In this document: positions 1 to 13,221 of the stretch, piece by piece
Numbering within the stretch: position 1 is the first letter of the stretch
How the letters are laid out: every line of letters begins with the position of its first letter
DNA from: Squalus acanthias
Taxonomy: Eukaryota
Assembly: GCA_030390025.1 (NCBI GenBank)
Contig: CM059432.1
Location: forward strand, 100,008,001-100,072,000
DNA: 64,000 bases
Direction: 5' to 3'
Program-made: the position numbers and the translations under genes
The notes under the pieces: generated by a model
What the model saw: only the letters and a program-made list of their open reading frames with translations
Told to the model about the DNA's origin: nothing
The model's database searches: none

Positions 1-209
1 TTTTGTGTTTGTTTTTTGTGTTTGTTTTTTTTGTGTTTGTTTTTTTTTAAACTGGAAAGACAGACAACGATGTCAAGTCACGTTCTGTAGCGTGACATGA
101 ACCCGATATCCCTATTGAGGCCGTCCTCATGAGTGCGGAACTTGGCTATCAGTTTCTGCTCGATGATTTTGCGTTGTCGTGTGTCTCGAAGGCCGCCTTG
201 GAGAACGCT
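1..209 (-). mobile_element. Penelope-like element fragment (GIY-YIG C-terminus and 3' UTR), runs off window start
   Basis: 78-209 closely matches 57269-57400, which encodes SVLQG..RQRKIIEQKLIAKF.THEDGLNRD.GFMSRY on the minus strand; T-rich simple repeat at 1-48. Confidence 0.8.
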
Positions 210-222
210 AATCTCTGCATCA

Positions 223-306
223 TTCATAAATAGAGGCATAGAGTACAAAAGCAAGGAAGTTATGATGAACCTTTATAAAACACTGGCTCAGCTTCAACTG
301 GAGTAT
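223..306 (+). mobile_element. CR1 LINE ORF2 fragment
   Basis: FINRGIEYKSKEVMMNLYKTL..QLEY, near-identical to 39099-39180. Confidence 0.8.
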
Positions 307-309
307 TCA

Positions 310-741
310 GTGTGTCAAGAAGATCTTTTGCCCCACTATGGGTAGAAGACGTGTCTCCTCCTGTACACCCCCTCCACCAAGGCCGCCAGTGCTGCATCTG
401 AGAACCGAGGTGCATGCTCTCTCCCCTGTTGAGACATATTGCTCAGCTCCTGCCACAATGAGGTACTTCTTATCACAGTACCTCCCCTTTAATAAGTGCA
501 GAACAGCCTTTGACTCTGCAGGCAACCTTTCAATAGAGAGCAGGCTCCACATGATATTGGGCCCCCTGTTGAGCGCTGAGCCAACCAGCAGCGCGTTTAG
601 TGCTGGGCTCAGCACTTCAATCATTGTAATGAGCAGGCAGCATGAATTTTGCATGCTGCCTGCACCACTATCAACGGGCGCGGGCAGATTGTGCATAATG
701 ATCTCCACGCTCATTTTCAGGCCTAATCAAATTTTGCTCTC
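310..741 (-). mobile_element. Harbinger end fragment (Myb-like gene 5' part and terminus)
   Basis: Clear similarity to 30650-31044 (gagcaggcagcatgaattttgcatgctgcctgcacca; aagccaaccagcagc). Confidence 0.65.
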
Positions 742-1633
742 ATTGTTTCAAAAAACTGTTCCAAATAAATTCTAAAGATTCATTGCCTTTACTACTTGAG
801 CTATTCTACTTCTCCCAGTCTATGTGAAAATTAAAATCTTATTATAACCACATTGTTTCGGCTACATGCTACCTGATCTCCATGTTTATACGTCCCTCAA
901 TACATCACTACTGTGAGGAGGTCTGTAGAAAATCCCGCTAGAGTCTTAGTCCTAAGCATAGTATTGCCACTGCCTGATCACCCTTACTGAAATACTTTCT
1001 TTTTACTGCTGATTTAAAAAAATGCTGATATTGTGTAAAAATCTCTGAAGGGAATACTTACATCCTTCAGAGTTCCCTAATGTCTGGATATATTCGTAAT
1101 CTGTTTATTTTCATGGAATTAACCAATTTAATTTCTTTTGTGTGACTCGTTTAATCCCTCTGATGGCAGATTCGGATTGATTTTCTTTTCAAGCGACAGG
1201 ATTTGGTTCAATGTTTTATTCAAATCTTTGTTGATTTTTATCCAGGGCAGCTCAGCTGAAATAGACATGGGAGTTGTGCCTGTCTCTGATACTTGAGCAT
1301 CCAATATGGGCTTTTCCTCTGGGGTATCTCTAGGAAGCAGTGAGGGCTTTGATTTTTTTTGGGTTGTTGGTTTTTATTTGACAGAAATTTCTATTTGCTT
1401 GGTTACAAAACTCTTGGAGGGATAAAATCATTGTTTCTAAATGATATAGCAGCATGTAAAATATTTTTGTGCAGTCTTTGTGATGGTTGCCAGCAGCAGA
1501 AGTGAATGATGTTGATTTGTTTGGAACATCCTATAACTAAAGATTTATCCTTCCTGCTATGACTCAGTAATGACCTGCAGTCTCTCATTTGCCTCCTGCC
1601 TTTAGTGCGAATCCATCATCGAAATTTGGGTTT

Positions 1634-1988
1634 TAGAATCATAGAATCATAGAAGATAGGAGCAGGAGTAGGCCATTCGGCCCCTCTAGCCTGCTCTGCC
1701 ATTCAATGCGATCATGGCTGATCATCCAAATTCAGTACCCTGTCCCTGCTTTATCCCCATATCCCTTGATCCCTTTAGCCTTAAGAAATATATCCAACTC
1801 CTTCTTGAATCTATTTAATGAATTGGCCTCTACTGCCTTCTGTGGCAGAGAATTCCACAGGTTCACCACTCTCTGGGTGAAGAAATTCCTCCTCATTTCT
1901 GTCCTAAATGGCTTACCCCTTATCCTTAGACTGTGACCCCTGGTTCTGGACTCCCCGACCATCGGGAACATCCTTCCTGCATCTAGTC
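1634..1988 (-). mobile_element. CR1 LINE 3' end, 5'-truncated
   Basis: ORF 1732-1971 MFPMVGESRTRGHSLRI..NFFTQRVVNLWNSLP; (atagaatc)n CR1-type tail at 1634-1654. Confidence 0.9.
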
Positions 1989-2293
1989 AATTATATTTTT
2001 CAGAATTGAGCTGAGATGGTTGAAATTCATTTAGGCCAGTTTTCAGGCCGACAATCAACGTGACATCAGCAGCACACGCCTAATCACAAGGGCGGGGCAA
2101 GACTGATAAATTGGTCAGGGATCCTCATTCTAATTAAATAGGCGGGCTGCTAGTGTGAGTCCCACTGTTGATTGGCAGCTCACCTAATCAGAGCCTTTAT
2201 TGATCCCACACAAGACAGCTGGTCCAAACTCCCCCTGCCGATGCTAAGACACAGCAATCTGCAGCCAGGGACTCAAGGCCCAGAGCTGCTCAA

Positions 2294-4882
2294 ATTAGAT
2301 AGTGATGAGGATAGTTATAGGCTTCAGGATGACATAGAGAGGATAGTGAAATGGGCAGAGGCATGGCAGATGTAGTTCAATGCGGAGAAGTGTGAAGTGA
2401 TGCACTTTGGGTGGACTACTATGGAAAGACAGAATACTATAAATGGCCTGATTTTGAAAAGTGTAGCCGAGCAGAGAGACCTTGTTGTCCATATACACAA
2501 ATCTTTAAAGGTGGCAGGGCAAGTTGATAAGGTGGTTAAAAAAGCACATGGGTGACTTGGGTTTATAAATAAATGCATAAAATATAAAAGCAGAGATCAT
2601 GCTAGAACTTTATAAATCAGTGGTTAGGCCTCAGCTGGAGTAGTGTGGCCAATTCTGGGCACCACACTTCAGGAAAGATGTAAAAGCCTCAGAAAGAGTA
2701 CAGAGGAGGTTTACCAGGATGTTACCAGGGATGAGGGACTTCAGTTATGAGGAGAGGTTGGAAAAGTTGGGGCTGTTCTCCTTGGAACAGAGAAGGTTAA
2801 GAGGCGTCCTAATAGAGGTTATCCAGATGATGAGAGGTTTTAATAGAATAGATAGAGAAAAACTATTCCCTCTGGTGAGTAGGTCAATACCTGAGGTCAT
2901 AAGAACATAAGACGTAGGAGCAGGAGTAGGTCATTTGGCCCCTCGAGCCTGCTCCGCCATTCAGTAAGATCATGGCTGATCTGATCTTGGCCTCAACTCT
3001 ACCTTTCTGCCCGCTCCCCATAACCCTTGACTCCCTTACCTTTCAAAAATCTGTCTATCTCCACCTTAAATATATTCAATGACCCAGCCTCCACAACTCT
3101 CTGGGGAAGAGAATTCCAAAGATTCACAACCCTCTGAGAGAAGAAATTCCTCCTCATTTCCGATTTAAAAGGGTGCCCCCTTATTCTGAAATTATGCCCC
3201 CTCGTTCTAGATTCCCCCACAAGGGGAAACATCCTCTCTGCATCTACCCTGTCAAGCCCCTTCAGAATCTTATATGTTTCAGTAAGATCCCTTCTCATTC
3301 TTCTAAACTCCAATGAGTATAGGCCCAACCTGCTCAACCTTTCTTCATAAGACAACCCCTTCATCTCCGGAATCAACCTCGTGAACCTTCTCTGAACTGC
3401 CTCTAATGCAAGTATATCCTTCCTTAAATAAGGAGACCAAAACTGTACGCAGGTATGGTCTCACCAATGCTCTGTACAGTTGTAACAGGACTTCCCTACT
3501 TTTATATTCCATTCCCTTTGTAATAAAGACCAACATTCCATTTGCCTTCCGAATTACTTGGTGTACCTGCATGCTAACTTTTTGTGATTCATGTACAAGG
3601 ACCCCCAGATCCCACTGTACCTCAGCATTTTGTAATCTCTCCCCATTTAAAAAATAATTTGCTTTTTTATTTTCCTACCAAAGTGGATAACCTCGCATTT
3701 TCCCACATTAAACTCCATCTGCCAGATTTTTACCCACTCACTTAGCCTATCTATATCCCTTTGGAGATTATTTGCGTCCTCCACACAATTTGCTTTCCCA
3801 CCTATCTTTGTATCATCAGCAAATTTGGCTACATTACACTCGGTCCCTTCATCCAAGTCATTAATATAGATTGTAAATAGTTGAGGCCCCAGCACTGATC
3901 CCTGCGGCACACCACTAGTTACAGTTTGCCAATCTGAAAATGACCTATTTATCCCAACTCTCTGTTTTCCGTTAGTTAGCCAATCCGCTATCCATGCTAA
4001 TATATTACCCCCAACCCCATGAGCTCTTATCTTGAGTAGTAACCTTTTATGTGACACCTTATCGAATGCCTTCTGGAAATCCAAATACACGACATCTACT
4101 GGTTCCCCTTTATCCACTCTGCTCGTTACATCCTCAAAGAATTCCAGCAAATTTGCCAAACATGATTTCCCTTTCATAAAACCATGCTGCCTCTGCTTGA
4201 CTATATTATGATTTTCCAAATGTCCTGCTACCACTTCCTTAATGATGGACTCCAGCATTTTCCCAATGACAGATGTTAGGCTAACTGGATAGTTGCCTGC
4301 TTTCTGTCTCCCTCCTTTCTTAAATAGGGGCGTTGCATTTGCAGTTTTCCAATCCGCTGAGACCTCTCCAGAATCCAGGGAATTTTGGTAGATTACAATC
4401 AATGCATCCACTATCTCTGCAGCCACCTCTTTTAAGACTCTAGGATGCAGGCCATCTGGTCCAGGGGACTTATCCACCTTTAGTCCCGTTAGTTTGCCCA
4501 GTGATAGTGATTGTTTTAAGTCCCCCCCCCCACCCCCGCACCCCAATAACCCCTTGATTATCCATTATTGGGATGCTTTTAGTGTCTTCTACCAGTCATA
4601 TATTCAAAATCATTGGCAAAAGATCTAGAGGGGAGATGATGAGAATTTTTTTCACACAGACACTTGTCGAGATCTGAAACACTCTACCTGAAAAGGTGAT
4701 AGAAGCTGATTCCATAAATAATTTTAAAAGGGAGTTGGACAGGTACTTGAGGATGAGGAACTTACAGGGTTATGGACAAAAAGCAGGGATGTGGGACTAA
4801 GCACGACTGCTCTTTCAAAGAACCAGCACAGGCACGACGGGCCGAATGGCCCCCTTCTGTGCTGTAAGTTTCTATGATTCTA
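2294..4882 (+). mobile_element. CR1 LINE 3' portion, interrupted by an opposite-orientation CR1
   Basis: DSYRLQDDIERIVKWAEAWQM, MRDFSYEERLEKLGLFSLEQRRLRG; resumes at 4601 and ends in a ttctatgattcta tail. Confidence 0.85.
2902..4594 (-). mobile_element. CR1 LINE (RT domain, frameshifted), nested
   Basis: ORF 3647-4546 has [28 protein letters not shown] and FADD; GTCATA TSD at 2896-2901 and 4595-4600. Confidence 0.92.
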
Positions 4883-7111
4883 AAGTCACCCACCACGGCC
4901 ATCTAAAGTGCCCTCAGTGGATGATCAGCAGCCTCCCACCTCCCAAGCTCCTGTGGTAGGGGAAGCACTTCATAGGAACAGTAGAATGGGTCAAGTGTCA
5001 CAAAAGCCAGGCACAAAGGGATTGCACTAAGGTGATTTAATTTCTATATGAAGAGGAGAGAAAAGTTGTAAAGTGCACAATGTGAAGTAAACAGTTTTTA
5101 TTTGCATGGCTTTGCTGTTGGTTTTCATATTCATAGTATGTAGGAGGAAGACCAGTGATGTAATAATGTTGGAAGGCATTCAGAAGGTGGGTGGAAGGAA
5201 TGGGTCAGATAATGGGAATGCTGGTGTTCTGGACGAGGGTTTGCTTAGAAGAATCTCTCCTCCATAATTTGTTGCCTTGCAGCTCAGGCAGCTGGCCACA
5301 CTGCTCGGCCTTGGTCTTCCTCATCATCTTTTTCTTCCTCAGCCGCTTCTTCATCTTGGTCCTGCACCTCTTTCTCCTGTGGCAGCTGCAAGGTTTGACC
5401 CCTCCAAATGGCATAGTTGTGCAGCATGCAGCAAACCACCACAAATCAGGCGACCCGCTCAGGGACTATGCTGCAGGTTTCCACTGGATTCCAAGCAGCG
5501 GAATCTTTGGTTGAGGATGCCTGTGATTTGCTCAAGGAGAACGGTTGTTCCTCTGTGGTTCTCATTGTTTCAGTGTTCCACGTCTGTGCCCAGATTCCTG
5601 ACAGGAGTCATGATCCAGGTTTCGAGGGGATATTCCCTGTCTCCAAGGAGTCGGCCTGACACCGCTGGTCTGGGTCAAAGACAGGGGAGATTGAGGACTG
5701 GCGCAGCATGAAGGAATCATGACTTTTGCCAGGATACTGGGAACAGACCTACATTATTCGCTGCCTGTGGTCACACACCGGCTGAACATTCATGGAGTGG
5801 AACTCCTTCCTGTTATGAAACATGGATGGTTCATGATGGGAAAGCGCAGGGCAATGTGTGTGCAGTCAATGAGACCTTGCAACTGGGGAAATCCAGCAAT
5901 GGGGGCAAATCCGAGAGCTCTCCCTTCCTGGGTAATGTTATGTATTGCTCTCGCTTGGCAAAGTGGGCATCCATCGCTTACTTAATGGCTGCCTGGACAG
6001 CAAGCTGACTGATGTTGCTGATATTACCTGTTCCTGATATCACCTGCTGCAGCCTGGAAAGAACCTGTGACATAGAAAATGAGAACCACCATTACCTTCA
6101 CAGCAACAGGCAGTGCTATGTATGCTCTGATGTTTTGTTCCAATTCCTGCTGCAGCAGGTGACATAGGTCATGCCTGCCTGCCTGCTGAACCACAGCCTC
6201 CTCACACTCTGCTCCTCTGACAACTTGAGGTACAACATCCTGCTCCAGCAGATAAGCATGCTGTAACACCTCCTTGGCACTTGCCTCCTTCATCATCTTC
6301 TTTGACCCTCCACAAGTCTTTGCTGCTGTGCCAGCTATAGATGTTGCTGCTGCTGGTGCTGCCGCAGTGGCAGCCTCAATGGTAATCCGAGCAACATTCC
6401 CATCTGTCTGCATTCGCCGAGATGTCTGCACGCATTCAATTCTTATTAGACTTGCAGGTGCGGGCTTTGTTTAAGCATCTCGGCTACAAAATTCCCCCTC
6501 TTAGCGCCGGCATTTAAGGCCGGTTTCGGTCAAAAAATAGCGGCCGCCTCGCTTCTGGCCACTTCCAGCACGGGCCGGAGCAGGTGGGTAGTGCAGCCGT
6601 TGCCTGCGTTTGGCAGAAGAATGCATATAAGGAAGATTGTGGCGTCAATCAGCATGCAACGCTGATTTGATGCATGACCTGCTATTTTGGATGTTGCCGC
6701 TTGACTGTACACCCTCTCCAAACTGTACATGTATTCAGCTGCATGAAGGACCCTCCACCAACGATATTTAAAGTGATCATCAACAACTTTCAGGTAACTT
6801 GCTTTTTAATTTCTATTGGCTCAATGTATGTTTGTGGAACTGTTTGTAGCTTTCTACAGTTATTTAAAGTTGGTGAGGTGACAGGGAGTGGTGTGGCAAG
6901 TGGAGAAGGCTTTGCTTCTGAATTCAAGTGTTCTGCTCAGACCACTTGCTCCCAATCATGGGGGCTTCTACTTGCAGTCCCCCTCGCGCTGCAGCATGAC
7001 AGGGAGATGGAGCAGAGGCAGCAAAGAAGAGGACAAGGTGATCACAGAGGGAGAAGGAGGAGGGGCAGGAGGGCTCTCAGTAGGAGGCCTTACCTACCTA
7101 GGATCTTCCAA

Positions 7112-8825
7112 TGTGAAGGAATAAGCCATATAACCTATTTAGAAAAATACACCATTCTATGAAAGAATTCTGGCCTTATTAAAACATGACAAACTGGGTC
7201 TGGAAATCTAGAAACCTAACTATGAAAAAGCTGTGAAAGCATTCTGGCTATAGAGATAAGATAGTTGTTGACACTAAATCAATAACCTTATTGAAACAGA
7301 AGGTTAAAGGCTCTGGTAGTCTGAACCTTTCGGAACAAGACAATGGTTCACCCTGGACAAGGTGTTCCAACTTACACTTCATAAAGAAGCACATAAAAGT
7401 AAGAAACATTGTAAAAATGACATCAAGTAAAACACACCTGCCGTAACACCGTTTTTTATGGTAAACTTAGAACACCTAGAGAAGAGACATAATTCTGTAA
7501 TGCTACCAGCTGAGGTGACTAAGAATTGCAGGGGTCAGCAGAAAAATGACTAGTGATAATTAGCTCACATCAGCAGAAAACCTTAAAGGAAATACCACTG
7601 GAAAAGGGTATAAATATTGAACTCTCAAATGGGATAGTAGACTCTCTTTAAAGGGGCAAAGTGATTCTTGGCTTCAGAGGCAGCTCTGTAAGTCTCCAAC
7701 TCTTTGTACCTCGGGGATCAAAGGTATTTGATTTTGGTGGATATCCTGTAGAAAACTAAGAACTGTAAAACTGTAGCGAAGTTAAGATTTGAGAGTAACG
7801 TTCTCTGATAATAGGATTGTAAGCTTTCTCTTTTTGGAACTGTTAATGTTGCGATTGACTCACCAACTGTAAATTATATGTTGGTTCTTTAATAAATCTA
7901 TATATTTTTAGAATTGTCTCTCATAAGACTTCTGTATCAAACTTGCGAACTCAATGGGCAGAATTTTCATTGACCCGTGGAGGTGGGTTTGGAGGCATGT
8001 GGGGGGTTAAAATTGTGAAAACTGGTGGGCGGGCACAAGTCCACCTCCACACAATTTTCATTAAATTGTTTTTGCTGGTCCCGACTCTGTCCCGCCTCTA
8101 AGAGGCGGGATTGACTGTTAAGACCCTTAACGAGCACTAAATTGCCTCTATAATGCCATTTTGAAAGGCCTTTGTGATTTTAACCCTTTTTCTACGTGAA
8201 GCACACCTGTGAAAACTGGAGGGAGCACATTTCAGGTGGTGGTGGTGGTGGTGGTGGAAAAATATCTGGGAGCAGACTTAGGGCTGCTGCTGCTCATTTT
8301 GCCTTCAGGTCCTCTCACAGCAAAGGCCAGGCAGTTTTTGCAGACCTTCAATGCAGCAGCAATGATGACATCATCAGAGGCGAATTTCAGACTGAAAACA
8401 ATAATTGGGTCATGGGTTCCCACATGCTGGAACTCAATTGCCCAATTAGGTGAAAATCGCATCAATCTCCCACATCCAATTGCAGTCAGGTGGATAACAC
8501 AACCCCAACCCGCCCCAGTATCAAAATCCAGCCCATTCTCTGTACACTCTTTGGTGAGGAATTGCAGAATTCTGGGGGAGTTTTCCGGACCCTCATAATA
8601 TCCAGAACGCTACAGTCTAGCTAAACTTATTAAAAGTGCTATCTGGAGGACGGTAACATTTTCAGGTTGTTCCTTTCCTTTAGGGAGAGATAGTCCGGAC
8701 CTTTAGACCCAATTAAGCGTCTTTAGGATTCGGCTACCTCAAACTTTAGTTGAAAGTGAATGTCTGAGGAATACGCCTGATCTGGGATAGCCCTAAAGGT
8801 GCTAGGACTAGTAATTATCCCTTCA
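7112..8825 (+). mobile_element. Solo LTR (~1.1 kb after removing the nested MITE), ERV/Gypsy type
   Basis: TG..CA ends (tgtgaagg / ccttca); 4-bp TSD CCAA/CCGA; TATAAA at 7609 upstream of AATAAA at 7891; cleanly splits the transposase reading. Confidence 0.65.
7956..8534 (+). mobile_element. Non-autonomous Harbinger-type TIR element (family M2)
   Basis: Ends gggcagaatttt / aaaatccagccc; inverted second copy at 28256-28930. Confidence 0.85.
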
Positions 8826-9665
8826 CCGAGACCAGTACTCTTACCTGCACTTAATCCCAGAGCCGTGTATTCGGAGGCTCTGCTTCACCAAGGAGGTGGT
8901 CACAGAAATCTGCTACCTCTTGGAACCAGACCTGCAGCCTCAGAGCAGGGCAATGACGGCACTGCCAGTGGCCCTCAACGTCACCGTGGCCCTGAATTTT
9001 TTTGCCACCGAATCATTCCAGTCTGGAGCAAGCGACATAGCTAACATGTTCGCCATCCATCGCTGCATCTGGGAGCTCACAGAGGCTCTATATTCCAGGT
9101 GAAGGGACTTCATTGTCTTCTCTCTAAACAGAGAGGAGTGCACATGTGAATTTGCCAGGATATTGGGCTTCCCCATGGTGCAGGGTGCCATTGACTACAC
9201 ACACATGGTTTGCGGGCACCGTACACTAATCTTGAGCTGTACTGTAAGCGCAAAGGCTACCATTCACTTAATGTGCAGTTGGTGGGTGACCACGGCCAGC
9301 ACATCATGATGGTGAATGCCTGGTATCTTGGCAGCAGTCGTGATGCCTTCATCCTGCGCCAGTCCGGTGTGCCAGCAATCTTCTAGCCACACGTTGAACC
9401 CAAGGGTGGCTGCTCGGCAACAAGGGTTATCCGCCCTACACCTGGTTGATGGCACCCTTCCGCAACCCCACTACTCATGGCCAGCACTCATATAATGAGA
9501 GCCACGCTGCCACGAGGAACCTCATCGATCAGACCATCGGGGTGCTGAAGCAACGGTTTCACTGCCTTGACCACTCGGGAGGAGCTCTCCAGTACACATT
9601 GGAGCGGATGTCCCATTTTGTGGTGGTCTGCTGTATCCTCCACAACTTAGCCATCATGAAGGCGC
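8826..9665 (+). pseudogene. Harbinger (HARBI1-like) DDE transposase, disrupted; N-terminus lies at 6958-7110
   Basis: ALPVALNVTVALNFFATESFQ, GAIDYTH, HSLNVQLV, YNESHAATRNLIDQTIGVLKQRFHCLD; frameshifts and stops. Confidence 0.85.
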
Positions 9666-9807
9666 AGTCTTGCCACCACGGAAGCAAACTCCCATTCCTG
9701 ACAGGTTGTCCGTGAGCACCACATCAGACTCCAGTTCCAATGACGGAAACCCCAGATCCCGATGGTGAACAGTTCCCCACCTTACCATTTCACTGTCATA
9801 AAACATC

Positions 9808-10550
9808 GGGCCGAAAATTGATCCCGGGACGCGAGAGTACGCACTGCGTACTCTCGCGTATTCCCACTCCAATTGCCGGTTTTCTGCATGCCCTGCGCAT
9901 GCGCTGAAAACCGGCAATTGCTCTTCTGAAAAGGGGGCGGGTCCTGGGTGCATCGCGTGCACGCTACAGGCTGCGCGCACGCTGTGCACTTCATGCTTTG
10001 GACGCGCAGGTAAGTAGGGAAGATTTTGGAAATGAAAAAAGGAGGAGTAAGACCCGCTTTTAAGAAGGTAAGTAGTGAATTAAGTATTTTTTTGAATTTT
10101 TTTTTACAGGTATATCTTTTTTAGAGACTTTAAAGACAGGTAAGTTTATTTTTATAACTTTTTAAAAGATTTTAAATTTTTTCAAAAATTTAATTTTTTA
10201 TTTAAAATGGTTAATTTAATTAACTATACTTATTTTATTAATGTGATGGTTTTTTTTTTAAATTTAATTGAGGTTTAGCTATTATTTTGGGGGGGTGTAA
10301 GATTCATAGATTTCACAGCCATGCTGTGAGACTTATGAATGGAAGATGGTGTGCTGCCATTGGCTCTATTGAGTCACGTGATCCCACAGCTCGCACGAAT
10401 TCACTACGCCGCTGGGATACGCAAGCCCAGCACAGCTGATGTCTGGAACATCAAGTTCGTGCGAGCTGGATCTGAAAAAGCACAAGCGAGGTGAGACATC
10501 GCGGGGAAGGCTTACCCCCGCGGGAACAGAGCGAGATCAATTTCTGGGCC
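9808..10550 (+). mobile_element. Harbinger-derived MITE family M1, copy 1
   Basis: 16-bp imperfect TIRs gggccgaaaattgatc / gatcaatttctgggcc; ATC TSD; near-identical copies at 12480 and 46280, more diverged copy at 47485. Confidence 0.92.
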
Positions 10551-11429
10551 ATCACAGTGCCATCAGCACAAAGCTGAAATGAAAGCTACCACAAAAGAAA
10601 CATTCCAAATATAATTTATCAATTATTATTTTGAATCTTACATATCAAAGTCAAGTAATCACCCTTGTGCATTCCCTTAGTGTCTGTCTTTTATGTTTCT
10701 TTGCCTATTCTATTGCCCCAATGTAGTTGTTGGGGGTTTTCTCTCTGCCCCAACACAGACGGAGACGAGCACGTACTGGTTTCAAGCAATCTTTATTCAA
10801 GCACGTGCAGGGAGAGGCTCTCTCAGCCACAGCTGAGACGAGAGTCTAATTTTTACATTCGAGCTTATATACAATCTTACATCTTGTTTCCTTCACATCT
10901 TTGGGACTTGGCCAATTAATTGTCCAAGTCACGTACACTTAATCACATCTCCACAAAACCAGAGGGCCGTATATTCCGCTCGGAGGCTTCCCACTGACGG
11001 AAGCCCCCGACCTGCAAAAAAGAACCGCATCGATCTTAATGCTCTGGGCCCATGTAATCTTCCAATTTAATCCTGAGGACTCCTGGGCAGCATATGACAT
11101 CACGCCGCCCAGGAGCGCAGCGTGCATGGAGCCTAGGGCTTCGCGCGTAGGGGAGACCCGCCCTCAAAAGTTATATTTGCATAGGCCACGCCCCCGATTT
11201 TTTTTCAACTCTTCAGAAGCATTCGAAACTGAAAGTAGCTGCAAAACTCAATGGTAAGTTGTTTCTTTATAGTTTTTTGAATCTTTTGTAAACTTTTAGA
11301 AACTTTTAAAGACTTTTACATGATTTGAAGAATCTTAAATAGTTTTAAAGAGATTTGAAGCAATTTAAAGATTTTTAAAAGCCCTGAAAACATTTTTTTT
11401 CATTCATTTTAATTAATCAGCAAAGTGAA

Positions 11430-11681
11430 ATGGAAGGACTGAGCACAATTCGCATGATTAAGAGAGCTCAGAATTTCAGTGACAATGACATCAGCACACT
11501 CCTCAATGAGGTTGAGGCAAAGTGCCCGTGGATCATTGGGAATGAGAAGTCCAGGGCGCCGCGCAAAGGACAGATGACAGCTTGGTCAGAAGTTGCCCAG
11601 GCTGTCAGCGCGAACTCCACCATTCCACGGACAGCGGAACAATGTCGCAAAAAATTTTATGATATAATGCGATCTGCCAAG
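11430..11681 (+). CDS. Harbinger Myb/SANT-like (trihelix) DNA-binding protein, first coding exon
   Basis: RAQNFSDNDISTLLNEV..AWSEVAQAVSANSTIPRTAEQCRKKFYDI; ends at donor AAG|gtttgt; a polyQ/basic last-exon remnant lies at ~11870-12128. Confidence 0.8.
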
Positions 11682-12479
11682 GTTTGTACAGTTATTAGAA
11701 AAGTCAACTGTAACATTTCTTTAAATTTAACTGAACTAGTTTTAAAAAGCTCTTAGATGCATGTGTGTTGTCAAGTGACTTTATTATCCAGGCATGTTGT
11801 TAGTAAAGATGTTACTATGGCGCTTAATCAGATAAATGAGTCTCTCGTTTGACTCTTGCTGTTGCTTGAAACAGTTTCTGCTGCCATTACTTTGGCTCCC
11901 GCAGAACCGCCCTTACCTGCTCTCAGCACAGAAACAGTGCAGGCCCACGAGACAGCAGCTCCACCAATCCTGATGCAAGCAAATGTTGCCTTTCAGCAGC
12001 AGCAGCAGCAGCAGCAGCAACCCTGTCACGAGGCAATTGCTGAAGGTCAAGAGATGGCACACAGGGGCCTTTCAATTGGCAGCAGAGGGCTCCGGTCACG
12101 GGGAAGGGGAAAGTGCAGGAGACAGTAGGTTGTCACCTTTTGCACAATCCACCTCCTTTGACCCTCAGGCACAGATGCGAGGGGGCAAATCATTCAACTC
12201 TTTAATGTTTCGTTTTATTTAAATGTTAAATGTTGTCGTTGCTTTTTTTATTGAAATATATATTTGTGACTGAAAGTGTGTGTAACCATTTTGTTTAAAA
12301 AGTACAGCCTCTAGTCACTTTGAAAATAATTTCAACTTTTTTATTTGCAAAAATATTTAAAATTACAACTGTTTGAAAATTAGAAAATACTGTGGCTAGT
12401 TTCCATCTTGAATGTCTTTATTGCACTAAGAAACAAAAAAGTCACTTTAAACTGTTTACAAACTTTATTCAAAAAAAAT

Positions 12480-13221
12480 GGGCCGAAAATTGATCCCGGG
12501 ACGCGAGAGTACGCACTGCATACTCTCGCGTATTCCCACTCCAATTGCCGGTTTTCTGCATGCCCTGCGCATGCGCTGAAAACCGGCAATTGCTCTTCCG
12601 AAAAGGGGGCGGGGCCTGGCTGCATCGCGTGCGCGCTACAGGCTGCGCGCACGCTGTGCACTTCATGCTTTGGACGCGCAGGTAAGTAGGGAAGATTTTG
12701 GAAATGTAAAAAGGAGGAGTAAGACCCGCTTTTAAGAAGGTAAGTAGTGAATTAAGTATTTTTTTGAATTTTTTTTTACAGGTATATCTTTTTTATAGAC
12801 TTTAAAGACAGGTAAGTTTATTTTTATAACTTTTTAAAAGATTTTAAATTTTTTCAAAAATTTAATTTTTTATTTAAAATGGTTAATTTAATTAACTATA
12901 CTTATTTTATTAATGTGATGGTTTTTTTTTAATTTAATTGAGGTTTAGCTGTTATTTTGGGGGGGTGTAAGATTCATAAGTCTCTCAGCCATGCTGTGAG
13001 ACTTATGAATGGAAGATGGTGTGCTGCCATTGGCTCTAACTGAGTCACGTGATCCCACAGCTCGCACGAATTAACTACGCCGCTGGGATACGCAAGCCCA
13101 GCACAGCTGATGTCTGGAACATCAATTTCGTGCGAGCTGGATCAGAAAAAGCATAAGCGAGGTGAGACATCGCGGGAAAGGCTTACCCCCGCGGGAACAG
13201 AGCGAGATCAATTTCTGGGCC
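12480..13221 (+). mobile_element. MITE M1 copy 2
   Basis: Near-identical to 9808-10550; flanks AAT/ATT. Confidence 0.92.

Larger units (their letters stand above)
2040..6475. mobile_element. Decayed Harbinger transposon (Myb-gene 3' remnant on +, transposase remnant on -) split by a CR1
   Basis: Myb last-exon sequence at 2250-2293 resumes at 4885-5035; minus-strand 5200-6250 has ALPVAVKVMVVLIFYVTGSFQAAAGDI and the vvCCmLHN region; outer boundaries approximate. Confidence 0.65.

Noticed and set aside
9654..9994. Repeated ORFs MHSVRAACS../MKCTACAQP.. as a small protein family
   Set aside because: They recur only because MITE M1 recurs; they run out through the TIR into different flanks and come from GC-rich palindromes
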